Below the pieces are notes generated by a model that was not told the origin of the DNA, did no database searches, and saw only the letters and a list, made by a program, of their open reading frames with translations. From the NCBI RefSeq assembly GCF_009914755.1, contig NC_060941.1: a DNA stretch of 64,000 bases; one strand, written 5' to 3'. Positions 1 through 16,400 of the stretch are shown here, piece after piece. Positions within the stretch are counted from its first letter, which is position 1. Every line of letters starts with the position of its first letter. Both the position numbers and the translations under genes were made by a program. This DNA comes from the human T2T-CHM13v2.0 reference genome, Homo sapiens.

Positions 1-104
1 GTAATTTCTTTTATATTAGCCTTAAAAACCAAAAATGCTGGGTTCAAAGTCCTTAGAATTCCCTTCCTCCCTCAACAAGCTGCTGTCTATGTTGATGACC
101 ATAA

Positions 105-472
<368 letters not shown>

Positions 473-973
473 ATCATTATTGATTTATGTCATTGTTATC
501 CCTCTACCGCAGAGACCTTCTTTCACTTTCCATTTCCCTGGGAGTTCACGTGAAGTAGTGAATGGGTCAAAATCTTAACAGTGGTTGTTGATCAAGTCCC
601 TCCTTTCTTATCCTTGGCACTGAATAAATCTTTGGTTTTCCATAATCAAAGGGTGAGGGAGACTTCTTTTGTCTACATTATTCAGCTTTCTGTAAGCTAT
701 GCTGTGTCCATTTGAGAAAAAGCCCCAGGGATATTGAAGGTCTGAGAAGTTGGGTGGTTCAGTGTGTTATTATATTTAGGGTCCCAGTAAAGAAGAACTG
801 AAGCAACTGTGAGACACCAGGGCATACTTCCCTGTATGAGTGGAAAACAAGGCACGGAAAATAGCTCACAGGATAGTCCTCAACTGACTTGCTTGAGGAT
901 AAGCAGCTTCCCTTCGTGAAGAAGTTGCCATTTCTCTGGCCTTCATATTTATCTACTTTTTGTTATTGTTGTC

Positions 974-1371
974 TGTATCGGTTCAATCTCACACTGCTAT
1001 AAAGAAATGCCTGAGACTGGGTAACTTATAAAGAAAAAAGGTTTAATTGGCTCATGGTTCCATGGGCTGTACAGGAAGTATGACTGGGGAGGTCTCAGGG
1101 AGCTTTTACTCATGGCAAAAGGCAAAGCCAGAGCAGGTATCTTCACAGGGCTAGAGCAAGAGGAAAAGAGAGAGGGGAGGTGCTACACACTTTTTATGCA
1201 ACCAAATCTCATGAGAACTCTATCACGAGACAGCAGTAGGGGGACAGTGCTAAATCATTCATGAGAAACTACCTGCGTGGTCCAGTCACCTTGCACCAGG
1301 CCCCACCTCCCACATTGGGGATTACAATTAAACATGAGATTTGGGTGGGGATACAGATCTAAACCATATCA
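974..1371 (-). mobile_element. MaLR solo LTR (MST/THE1 family)
   Basis: TGTAT...CTGCTATAAAGAAATGCCTGAGACTGGGTAA...GAGATTTGGGTGGGGATACAGATCTAAACCATATCA, typical of MST LTRs. Confidence 0.85.
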
Positions 1372-1468
1372 TTACTCAAAAAAAAAAAAAAGAAAGAAAG
1401 AAAAGAAAACACAGGAAAAGGAACTCACCTCTTTTATCATCTTAGTATTTAGTACTAATGGTTTAGAG

Positions 1469-2034
1469 CAGGAATTGACAAACTGTGGCCTGGACTCATG
1501 GACCAACTCTGGCCCACCACCTGTTTCTCAGAAGAAAATTTTATTGGAACTCAGCCACACTTACTCATTTACATGTTGTCCTTGACTGCCTTTGTGTCCA
1601 GTGTCAGAACTGAGTAGCTGCAGCGGAGGTTGTGCCTCTGGGCTTTAATATCACAAACAGAGCAGCTTATAAGCAACAGAAACTTACTTCTCACAGTTTT
1701 GGAGGCTGGGAAGTCCAAGATCAAGGTGTCAACATATTTAGGGTCTAGGGAAGGTCTGCTTCTTGGTTAATAGAAAGCACCTTTCACTGTGTCTTCACAT
1801 GGTAGAAGGGGAGAGCTCTGGTATCTTCAGCCCCTTATAAGGGCACTAATCCCATTCATGAGAGCTCCACCCTCACGACCTAATCACCTCCAAAAGGCCC
1901 CATTTCGTAATACCGTCAGTTAAGTTTCATTATATGACTTTGATGGGGATATAGCCCATAGTAGGTTGTATGTCCCTGAAAGCCTAAAATATTTACCGTT
2001 TGGCTCTTTACAGAAAATATTTTCTTGGCCCCTG
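1469..2034. mobile_element. MER58A-like hAT DNA transposon interrupted by an MLT1 LTR (~1631-1965)
   Basis: CAGG...AAACTGTGGCC start, TTTTATTGGAACTCAGCCAC, and AAAGCCTAAAATATTTAC...CCCCTG end; MLT1-type TCTCACAGTTTTGGAGGCTGGGAAGTCCAAGATCAAGG lies inside. Confidence 0.7.
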
Positions 2035-2289
2035 TTCCAGAGCATTCATCAAGTCAGATAAAGGGTTTAAACCAGTCAGAGAAACTAGGTGGAATGGAAA
2101 AGTACTGAGAGATAATTGGGGACAGAAAAATAAAAGAGATGGGAAATGCTGCATCAAAATACTCCTACCTCTAGGATGTTACTATATATTGTTAGGAGAA
2201 TTCAAGTTATTGAAACTTGCCAAATTCTTGAGTGAAGAGGAATTCATTTGAGAGCCAAAATTTGACTAAGGAAAGAAGACCAACATGGG

Positions 2290-2490
2290 CTTTCCAAAGT
2301 TGAGTTTGAATTCTGCCATCCCCACTAAGCAGTCATGTGACCTTGGAAAAACTCCCTACTCTGAGTCTCAGTTTCTTTATCTGTATTAGGTTTCAACAAA
2401 GGGAATAAATCATTGGCTTCTCATGAGGTTGTCATAAGGATTAAATAAGACAATGCATATAAAAGAACTGGCAGACAATAAATATAGAGT
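2290..2490 (+). mobile_element. MIR
   Basis: MIR core TGTGACCTTGGAAAA...CTCTGAGTCTCAGTTTCTTTATCTGTA and AGGATTAAATAAGACAATGCAT. Confidence 0.7.
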
Positions 2491-2537
2491 CCCCCACTCC
2501 TGCTTGGTGCTCTCTTTCTCTCTCCTTCTCTACATAG

Positions 2538-3020
2538 AGAAGTGCCAGAGCATCCGTCAGTAGAAGTTACTTAAGGTTGGCTGTGTCTTCCACATCTTTT
2601 GTTTACCCATGAAGAACTGTGACCATCTTGTTCTGTGTCTTGTCATAAAGATGGGACGTGACTTCTTTCTGCTCTTGCTTCCATCTGGTGCTGTTTTCTG
2701 CACAGCCTCCTTGAGACCTTCCAGAACCTTCTTTTTTCCTACTTCGTATCACTTAACCAGTAGCTATCTGGGATGGTTCCAGAGGCTGAAGTTTGCAGTT
2801 GAATAACATTTTAAATAGTGTTAAGCGACTTGGGATCTCTGGCCCTTTGCGTTTCAGTATTTGTCCTTTTTATGCCTGATGTTTAACCTGCCACATGTTT
2901 GTACTGCAACATGAATCTTGGAAATTTTAATGTTATGCATTTCAAATGTTTTTGGTTATCTGTAAACTAAATGTGCCCTTATTGGCTCACTTGTCAATAA
3001 AGATGTTTGTATATGTATTG
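2538..3020 (+). other. 3'-terminal mRNA-like segment with poly(A) signal; probably the end of the upstream gene (ZNF286A by recalled synteny)
   Basis: Pyrimidine tract plus AG at 2536-2537, non-repetitive U-rich sequence, AATAAA 2996-3001 followed by GT/T-rich sequence; gene identity is inferred only from position. Confidence 0.4.
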
Positions 3021-3355
3021 TCAGAAACTTTTGTAAATTGCTTTTAAATTCTTCCTTTTTTAAAGCATATTTTAAGATGTAATGAAGGACCAACCAAAAA
3101 ATATCTCCATATCATTCAGGATACCAATCCCATTTCTAGCTGGTCATCTGGCTTCACAACTTCTGGAGAGATGGGATGGGAGATACCGTCAGCAACCCAA
3201 GTATCTGCAAGAAGGTTAAGGAGTAGAGGAAGATAGTTTCTAACAAGTAGTACTGAGTCCCCAGGCCAGGTATAGGCACTACTCAGTAGGGCTAATTGGG
3301 GTGAAAGGGAGGGAATAACTTCGTATAAAAAGCACAGTTAAAATTAGGCAAAATG

Positions 3356-3697
<342 letters not shown>

Positions 3698-3877
3698 TCA
3701 ATTATATCTGGTTTGGGGGAAGACAATGTAATATCACCCAAAAGTATAAAAGTGATAATGTAAGAATACTAAATATTCAAATTGATTGGCAATTAACTAG
3801 ATCAATTATCTATTGAAAATTTGTCATAGTTTTTATTTTCTTAGATGTGTTCTCACTTTTAAAAATATGTGTTTATC

Positions 3878-4224
<347 letters not shown>

Positions 4225-5109
4225 CTAGGCAGTCTTGGGACCCATAGCCATATGAGCTGTCCCTCTCCATAAGTTTCATTGACAAGGTAGAAGGCTATTC
4301 CCTGTAGTAATATATATAAAATGTGGCATCTGGTCCTACTGTGTAGTTTCCACTTATAAACCTCAAAAAATTAGATGTTTTTACTGAATTGTTTTTTATT
4401 TTTTTCATGATGTAACCTCTGTTTATAAATCCCTTAGATTGAGTGAACTATACAAAAAAGGTGCATGCTTCACCTCCCTCCCACTCCCACCAATTCATGA
4501 AACACGTAATCATCATGTCAGCAAAGTTCACATATCTGGGGCAATCCATGGAGTCAAACTAGAGATAAATGCTTTGCTATTAATAGATCGAGGACTGTCC
4601 GCCTCCATCTCTGCTCTGGCTTCCTCTCTGTTGGATGTGCTTTTCTTAGTCTCTTGCAGCGACAAATAGCCTACTGGCACTTGGAAGTTATATTACGGTT
4701 CTTGGCATTCACAATTCCAAGGAAAGTACCTCTTTCCAAATAGCTCCAGCAAAATCCCTGAGGCTACTTCTCCACTTTGCTTGAGTCGTGCTGATCACTG
4801 AACCTTTTATAATACCACCCTGGAAATGGGGTCCTCTCATCGACCAGGCTTGAGTCTGTGTAAAACCCTGGAGGAAGAGAGGGTGGAGTCCATCCCATTG
4901 ATGCAACTTGCACTGTGGGTGGGGACAGGGTGCTTCCCTCAAATAAATCCAAAGATGCTGTGCAGGTAAAACAAACACTGCTATTGGAAGTTAACTTCAG
5001 CATGAATAAGACTATCTGGCCTCCTGCTCCCCATCTATTCCCCCCCACAAGAGCAGTTTTTCAAAGATCAAACAGTGATAACATTGACAGAAGTTTAAAA
5101 CCTAAGAAA

Positions 5110-5458
<349 letters not shown>

Positions 5459-5677
5459 TTATGTGAAATTATATATGTGAAAGGGCTTTGTTGCACATTG
5501 CTGAGTTATATTTTGATGATAATTTTCTATTCTTTGAGACCAGGCTCTAGTATACAAAAAGCATGGACCTCTCACCAGGGTGCCATTTCTTAATGCTAAC
5601 TTGTGCTACCTGTCCTTTGTGGCCTGGCAGGGAATCTTTGCTCATCAGTAGTCACTTAGGGACCCGAGATGGTATAG

Positions 5678-6117
<440 letters not shown>

Positions 6118-6650
6118 CAGGACTATAATTTTTAAAAACCCATGGTGAGATCTGGCTTCAGATATGACTGGATTCAGATATTCAGAAGATGTCATCAGCT
6201 CATTCTCTTGCTATCTCAGCACCATTTAATTCCATCTGAATTTATAATTAACGCTTTATAATTTATTATAATAACTATCAGAATGAAGGAGAGTAAAATC
6301 CTTTATTGGAGTATAAGACATGATTATTTCAAAGAGGAGTTGATCAGTGTTCCCCTGAGAGTAAGAATGCATTATATACAGTGTGGACATCTCCAGGGCC
6401 TTCCAAACATAAGTAAGTATACAGTTTCTGAAACATTTGTTTTAGTAACATATCTATACAAAATTAAACTAGGGAAGGTTTCCCTTCTCTTTGGTCTGAC
6501 ACCTCTTCCCATAAACAGAGCAGCTCTTACAATCATTTTGAACTAATTAATAACTATAGGACATACCAAACAAACCCAAGTATTTCTTACATTTTCCTGT
6601 TTATGAATGCCATATCATAAGCTCCAAGATAAGGGTCTGTTTTGGCTTTG

Positions 6651-6653
<3 letters not shown>

Positions 6654-6682
<29 letters not shown>
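6654..6682. repeat. (TA)n microsatellite
   Basis: Read directly. Confidence 0.95.
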
Positions 6683-6687
<5 letters not shown>

Positions 6688-7131
6688 AAAAGCATAACAC
6701 AGAACAAAGCACAAAACTGTAGTTCTGATGAGAGACAATTTCTACTATTGGGCAGATTACACAGAAGGTAAAGAATGATCTTTCCCTTTCTCTTGTTGAA
6801 CAAACTATCATTTAAGCAAAGATAACCGAAGTTTAATCTTTTTAAATATAATATTTTGAATTAAAGATTTATAGATTTTAATGAACTCATCAAAATCAAG
6901 CCAACTTTTGTCAAAATTTTAATACATTTTATTTCTTCTTTTCAGAATTCGCAGCTATTATAAAGCACAAGTAAAGTTCACTTTCCCCCAAACCTTCCAA
7001 AACTTACAGCATCCTCTCCAGTTTTATGCTTTAACTATCTTTTGCATTCTGCAACAACCACACATTTCACTCTAAGAGAAAAATAGTCCTGTTTTCTTTT
7101 GATAAACAAAAACATAACATTTTCTTTCTAC

Positions 7132-7691
7132 ATGTTTAGGGATCCCCAAGACCACCCCCAGGTTCAATGATTCACTAGAAGGATTCCCAGGACTCAGCAT
7201 GTTGTCATTTTCTTGGCTGTGGTTTATTATAGTAAAAGGACACACAGCAAAACCAGTAAAGAGAAAAGGCTCATGGGGCGGCAAGGTCTGGAGGAAACAA
7301 GGAACAAGCTTCCCCGAGTCCCCTCCCAGCGAAGTCACACAAGACTTGCTCATTTCCCACAGCAAGGAGTTGTGACAGCATGTGTGAAATGTGATCTATC
7401 AGGGAAGCTCAGTAGAGATTCAAATCCTAAGGTTTGTACTGGGTGCTAGTCACATAGGCAGTCTCTGTCTAGCATGTACCAAAACTCCAGACTTCCAGAA
7501 GGAAAGCAGGTGTTCAGCATAAGCTTCATTGTTTTTACAGACAGTTTAGGAGCAGTGATCCACTTTAATTCTGGAATTAGCGGGAACGATCCCAAAGTTA
7601 TCCTTCCCAGATGCCCGCCTGTGGCCAACCTCGTAGGCAAGTCTTTCTAAAGATAGCAGGCTCGGACTTGCTATGTTAACTTTTCTGCACA
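7132..7691 (-). mobile_element. MER21-like LTR
   Basis: TGTTTAGGGATCCCCAAGACCACCCCCAGGTTCAATGATTCACTAGAAGG...TTAACTTTTCTGCACA resembles the recalled MER21 consensus. Confidence 0.65.
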
Positions 7692-7879
7692 GTTTCGTTG
7701 CCGCTATTGTTTTCATACAGCCTCCCAGCCACTCATATTAATCACAAATTTGCTAACCAAAGAAATTAACTGGGATGTAGATAATCAGAACTCTCTACAT
7801 TAGACAGGCAACTTAGCAGATGAGCAAAACTCACAAACACACATAAAATGACCTCCTGCAGCCACACATCCCTTTTATA

Positions 7880-9185
7880 CCTTCTTAGCACACACATTTC
7901 CTAGCTCTGTCTACTGAAACGGGCTAAAAGCAATGACATCTCAGTTGCAATGAGCCCAGATCTTGGTTTCTGATACCGTTCTCTGCTAAAAGGAACTAAG
8001 GCTCCTCAGAAAAATGGCTGATTGCAGGTCTGAGGGAAGGAAACTCCAAGAAGATCCTGGAACATCTTATTCCAGAAAAAAAAAGAAGTAGCACTCAAAA
8101 AAATGATGAGGGTAGGTCACAAAGACACAGGAAGTAGCCCTCACTGACTAAATCCGGAACAATTTGAGCAGCAAAACAAGAAAATGATGAATTGTAAACC
8201 ATTGAAGAAGTAGTAGTCCATGAGTTCACATTGATAATAAGTAAATAAATGAGCGATAACAGAGGACACTTGCTTACCGCAGAATATCCTATGCCAATGG
8301 GTAAATGCGAAGGGAATGTTGGAGCTGGAAAACTATCATTTTGTAGCCATAACAGTAAAGACTGATTCAAGCAAGAATCAATGGATGCTAAATCTAAGGG
8401 GAAATTTTGATGAGGAACAGGATATTTGCATAGAATTGAAGTATCTTTTCCAGAGATTGCTTGTTATGATTAGCAATTGCAAGGCAAAAAATAATTATAT
8501 AGTGGAAGAACTGGCAAAAACTTTGATTACATGATCAAAATTAATATGAGTAAGCAGCACATGGCCATTCTGTGCCTCAGATGTGATACCATGAGAAGGA
8601 CACAGCATAATGTGTGTACTATTCTGGCTGGGAATGCATAATGGGAATCTAATCATGAGGAAATATTTGACAAACTCCAAAATGAGGACTATTAAAAGGA
8701 CTGCATTCTTCAAAAATATTAATGTCACATAAGACAAGGAAAAGCTGAATAACTTCCAAATTAAAAGAGACTAAAGCATCATGACAACCAAATACAATAC
8801 AGGATCTTTGACTAGGTCTTGTGTGAGAGAAAATCTCCTAAAGACATTATTGGTTCAATTTTTCAAAACTGGAATACAAGCAACAGAATAGATAAAAGTA
8901 ATGTATTGATGTTAAATTTACTGCAGTTGATAACTGTATCATGGTTGTGTAAAGTATTAATAATATCCTCATTATTGAGAAATGCATATTGAAGTATTTA
9001 GAGGTAAAGAAGAGTAATGTATGAAATTGAAATGATTCAAGAAAAATTTGTGTATAGAAAGAGCAAATGATAAAACAAGCAGGATTAAACGTTAACTGTG
9101 TGTCAGTCTAAGAGGAACCTGGCTATCCTTTGTAATTCTATTGCAGTCTTTGTGTAAATTTCAGGTTACTTCCAAATTTAGAAAA
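7880..9185 (+). mobile_element. Old L1 (L1MC-type) 3' region
   Basis: L1MC 3'UTR motifs, e.g. GGGAATCTAATCATGAGGAAA, CATGACAAC, GAAGTATTTAGAGGTAAAG. Confidence 0.6.
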
Positions 9186-9322
9186 AAATTAAGTGAACAC
9201 ATATATTGACCCAAAGTTAGACCCATTCTGTAACATGAAAATACAAGGCAAAAATATATATAATACAACTATGTTAAAAGACCCTTTTTTCTATCTTACC
9301 TAAAACTTAACATCTCCAATGA

Positions 9323-10004
<682 letters not shown>

Positions 10005-10134
10005 AAGCTCTTTCTTAAAGAGAAGATATTTCCACCTTTAACTGACAAAATCCCAAAAATTTATGTCAAGAATTTATTTTTAAAAACTTCTCGAAGATCA
10101 TTTAGAAAGATTGATAACCACATTGGAAAAAGTA

Positions 10135-12055
<1,921 letters not shown>

Positions 12056-12894
12056 AATCATAATAAATCTTTGCAATTTTAGTATTATTTCTAGTTGATG
12101 AAAAATAAGCCACCTGAAGGATTCCAAACTTGCGTATTTCAATATAGAACTTACATGTTCTAATATATATTTCTAGAGATCCAAAACTGTCTGATTAATG
12201 TCATTTGAGTGTAAAAAAGCACAGTTATGTTTACAATTTGCTCTCTAATCTTTTACTTGAAGTTAAGCTAATTATCCACATCCATCAATAAAACTGCTTT
12301 CACAGAAGAGTCCAATCCATGGCATAAATGACAGGAACTTTAGAAAAGTCATTTCTTCTTCATTATTTATGTAAAAACATTAAATTTCTTAGAAACACAG
12401 GCCAGCAAACTCCCAGTTTAGTGTTGCTTTCATTGCTTTCTGTAGTCTTGTTACCAGAGAAGATTTTTATGTTCCAGAATTGCACAGAGGGAAAACCTGA
12501 CTATTATGGTTACCACTGTGGCCATCAAGACAAGGCACTTGATTCCTAGGATCCCAGCAATGACCCTCCCTGGAGGTGATGGGAATTAAGAGACCTGCTA
12601 TGGAAATTGTGGGGGCTGAGTAAACAGTATCTACAAATCTTTCTCTGTGTCTGATACTTGAAGTCCACAGGCAGTAAACAAGGGAAGACTGCAGAACAGG
12701 CAGGGAGGGATTCCATGAGCAAGAGCTGGAACCCCATAAAAATAAAGTGAAACCCATGTTCATGAAGCTAAACACAGGCCAGTAACCCAGCAGTCAGAGA
12801 AACTAAAGGAAAAATCCAAGGAAAGGCAGAGCAATTACAGGCTTAGCTGCTGTTTCATGGCAGTGAGATAAGTCAGCAGATCAGCAACAAGTGT

Positions 12895-12895
<1 letters not shown>

Positions 12896-12936
<41 letters not shown>

Positions 12937-12982
12937 CGCTCCCACGCGCACGTGACCACTTGCTACGAAATTCGTTTTATTC

Positions 12983-13023
<41 letters not shown>

Positions 13024-13075
13024 CTCCCACGCGCACGTGACCACTTGCTACGAAATTCGTTTTATTCCAGTGTGT
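12896..13075. repeat. Tandem duplication (period 85 bp) of (TG)n(CG)n plus a unique CACGTG-containing segment
   Basis: CTCCCACGCGCACGTGACCACTTGCTACGAAATTCGTTTTATTCCAG is identical at 12939 and 13024. Confidence 0.97.
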
Positions 13076-15289
13076 GAGTGTGCACCTGTGTGCGTGTGTG
13101 CACTCCTGTTGACCCAGTTTCTGCTCTGTGGCCAGGTCCATGACCCTAGACGACCCCAGGTGTGCTCTCGATGACGTCTGCAGGGATGGAGCACCGCCCC
13201 TGCCATTGGGTATTGCACTGTGTGATGCCATCCTCGGGGCCCTCAGGGTGATGGAACCCAATAGGCTTCCTTAGGCTTTCCTTTCAGATGGACAGGAAAT
13301 AGATGATGTTCCATTGTCATTTTGTTTTCTTTCTTTCCATGGATTCTGTGACCATCTTCCTCTCCTCATTGACTCTGCCAGAAGGGGATTCCTGGTGGGG
13401 CAAGGGTAGCTGGTGGGAAATGAGGTACCGGGAAATTAGCAAAGGGTCTTCTGGCCATCTGGGGACAGTTCTCATGTGGTCCCCAGCCCAGTCTCGAGGG
13501 TTCTGGGCCGGTCACCCTGCAGCCTCGGTGCTGCGCCTCTGGATCCAGCCTCCGCAGGAAGAACCCTGGGAGACCCAGCAAAACGGGGTGCCTGGTCTGA
13601 CAAACGTCCCCCCGTTCCTCTGGCTCTGCGGCTCAGGAATAGGCCGAGACATCATGTCCAGGCAGTGCCAGGCCACCTCACTGCCCCCTTTGAGGTGAGC
13701 ACAGAGGGCTTTTGGGGGCGAGCATGAAGCTGGGCACCCAGAGCCTGAGGCCGACTGTCCCTCCCTGTGTCCTGGAGTGGGGGCCTTGACCCGAGAAGAC
13801 CCCCAGGGGATGGCCTGTGGGTGCTGATGCGGGGAGGGGAGGTCTGTGGACTGAGGGGGGTCATTGGCAGGGGACATTGAGCACCGCGGCTCAGGGTTCT
13901 GCTCAGTGGGGTCAGTGGGAACGTGGTCAGTGAAGGCCTGGTCAGTGGGGGCCTGGTCAGTGGGGGTCTGGCTGGCAGAAGCCTGGCCAGGTGGCGGCTA
14001 GGTGACTTCAGGCAGGGTTTGTCCTTGGAGCCTCCTTGCCGCCATCTGTAGTGGGAATGAGTCATGGCACTCCGGAGGGCTGCTGGGAAGAGGAGGTGAG
14101 CAGGTGTGTGGAATCCAGCCCTGCCAAACAGATCTAGCACTTTACAGCCTAGCTGAGTCCCCTGCTAGGGAGGGGACCTGCCCTTTGCCTTTTGCCCCCA
14201 ACCCTCAACCTTCTGCCCCCTATCTTCCATCTGCAATCCCAGGAATGCCCTGGATGGGGAGGTCTGAGTTTAGGGAGCACCCGTGGATGCTCTGATGATG
14301 GCCATGGGTCCCGAGGGGGGAGAAAGTGACAAGGGTGACCCAGTGTCCTGGGTGCACATATGAGTGGGGCAGCCGGGCCTAGCCAGAGCAGTGACAAATG
14401 CATGCACACATGGGTTCACCCACATACACGTGCATGCTCACATGCACAAACACTGCACACACGCACGTTGACACTTCAAGGGGTGGAGGGTGCTGGCTCT
14501 GGTCCCGGCTGACCCAGGCAGGGGCCCATTGTGATGGGTGTCATGACCTCACAATGTCACTGGTGCTGAGCACTCGCCCACCTGTCCGCTTGCCGTCTCT
14601 ATGTCTGGAGCTCTTAGAGATAAGACATAGAGGTGTCTGGTTCTGAGAAAAGGAAGTTTTGCTAAGTGAGAGACACAACTGACTCAACTGACTCAGGTGA
14701 GTGTGACCTGCTCTGTTCCTTCCCTGCTGACCTGGGTACAGTCATTACCTGGTGGGCAGGGCTAGCCTCTGGGCAGGTGCCGAGGAGGGTCATCCCTGAG
14801 CACTCACCAGGTGCCTGTTCTGCACTGACCTGGTGGACTCTGTGGGGTGGGTGCTGTCCCCGAATGTACCCATTCCACAAGTGAGATGTCTAGGGTCAGA
14901 GAGGAGGTGACTGGCCAAGAGACCCAGATGTGATCCTGGGCTGTGCTCTCAGCCCTGCCCTGTGCATGCCCTGGTCTCTGTGGCCCTAGATTCCAAATCT
15001 GCCCAGGGTTTTTTGGCCCCTGATGGGGCAGAGTCTGGCCCTGAAAGAGCCACTGGGATGGAACTCCTATGGGTGTGGTGGAGGGAGGTGGTGCTCGGTC
15101 CAAGTCTGTGCCCTAAGCTGGGTGTCTGCAGGAGGAGGTCTCACCAACTCAGACTTCACGTGCGGTCACTGAGGGTCTCCGTGGGACCCAGTGGACACAT
15201 GGGGTCCCTTGTCTGGGAGTAGGGAGCCCTCTGCCTGTGGGCAGTTGTGGTAGAGGACCTTGAACACTGCTGCTCTGGGGCCTGGGCAG

Positions 15290-15570
15290 GGAGGACTTGG
15301 ACAGTGGGGACCTGGTCAGGAAGGCCTGGTCACTGGGGGACTGGTCAGCGAGGACATGGTCAGTGGGGAATTGGTCATCAGGGGCCTGGTCAGCAGAGGC
15401 TTGGCCACTGGGGCTTAGTCAGTGAAAAACTGGTCAGTGGGGACATGGTCAGTTGGAGCCTGGTCATCAGGGGCCTGATCAGTGAGGACCTAGTCAGAAG
15501 GCCTGGTCACTGGGAAAACGGTCAGTGAAAGCCTGGCCGGCAGGGGTCTGGTTAGTGGGGGCCTGGCCAG
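15290..15570. repeat. Degenerate 15-bp tandem repeat (TGGTCAGTGGGGGCC-like); shorter array at ~13900-13990
   Basis: GGTCA recurs every ~15 nt. Confidence 0.85.
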
Positions 15571-16353
15571 ATGGTTGCTTGGTGACCTCAGGCACGGGGT
15601 TTGTCCTTAGAGCCTCCTTGCCTCCATCCATAGCAGAAATGAGTCATGGCACCCTGGAAGGCTACTGGGAGGAGGAGGTGAAAAAATGTGTGGAATCCGA
15701 CCTTGCCACTCACACCCAGCATTTTACAGTCTAGCTGAGTTCCCCCTAATGAGGGGCCCTGTCCTGTGCCCTCTACCCCCTAGCCCCCATCTGCATCTTC
15801 AGGACTGCCCCGTGTGGGGAGTTCTGAGGTTGGGGAGGACCCATGGATGCTCTGATGCTGGCCACAGGCCTCAAGGGAAGGTGACGCTGATTAAGACTTG
15901 ATGAGCACTTGGGTGCACATGTAAGTGGGACAGCCAGCCCTGGCCAGAGACGCTGCTCGTGCACACACATGTTCACCCACATAAACGTACATGCTCACCT
16001 GCACAAACACATTTTGACACCTTAGGGGCTGGAGGACACCGACTCTGGGCCCACTTGACCTGGGCAATGGCCCATTATGATGGGTGCCATGACCTCAAAA
16101 TGTCACTGGTGCTGAGTGACCGCCCACCTGCCCACCCACTCACCTCTGTGTTGTGCAGCACTTGCACATAAGACGCACACAGGTGTCTGGTTCTGTGGTG
16201 CATGAACGACTTTTCTAAGTGAGAGACACAGCAGCCTGAGCAGACTCAGGTGAGTGACCTCTGGGCAGATGCCGAGGAGGGTCACCCCTGAGCACTCACC
16301 GGGTGCATGTTCTGCACTGACGGCGTGGACCATCCTCTCCTTTGTCCTCACAG

Positions 16354-16400
16354 AAACTCTGTGGCGATGGGTGCTGTCCCCAAATGTAGCCATTCCACAG
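16354..16400 (+). other. Candidate 5'UTR exon of TBC1D26
   Basis: TTTGTCCTCACAG acceptor and CAG|GTGAGA donor; other strong donors at 14697, 16250 and 17188. Confidence 0.45.

Noticed and set aside
12896-13075. Repeat-spacer appearance suggesting a CRISPR-like array
   Set aside because: Only two units, the 'spacers' are microsatellites, the context is eukaryotic and there are no cas genes
15247-15528. ORF with periodic GHWG/GQ pentapeptides
   Set aside because: By-product of the 15-bp DNA repeat, with a non-ATG start
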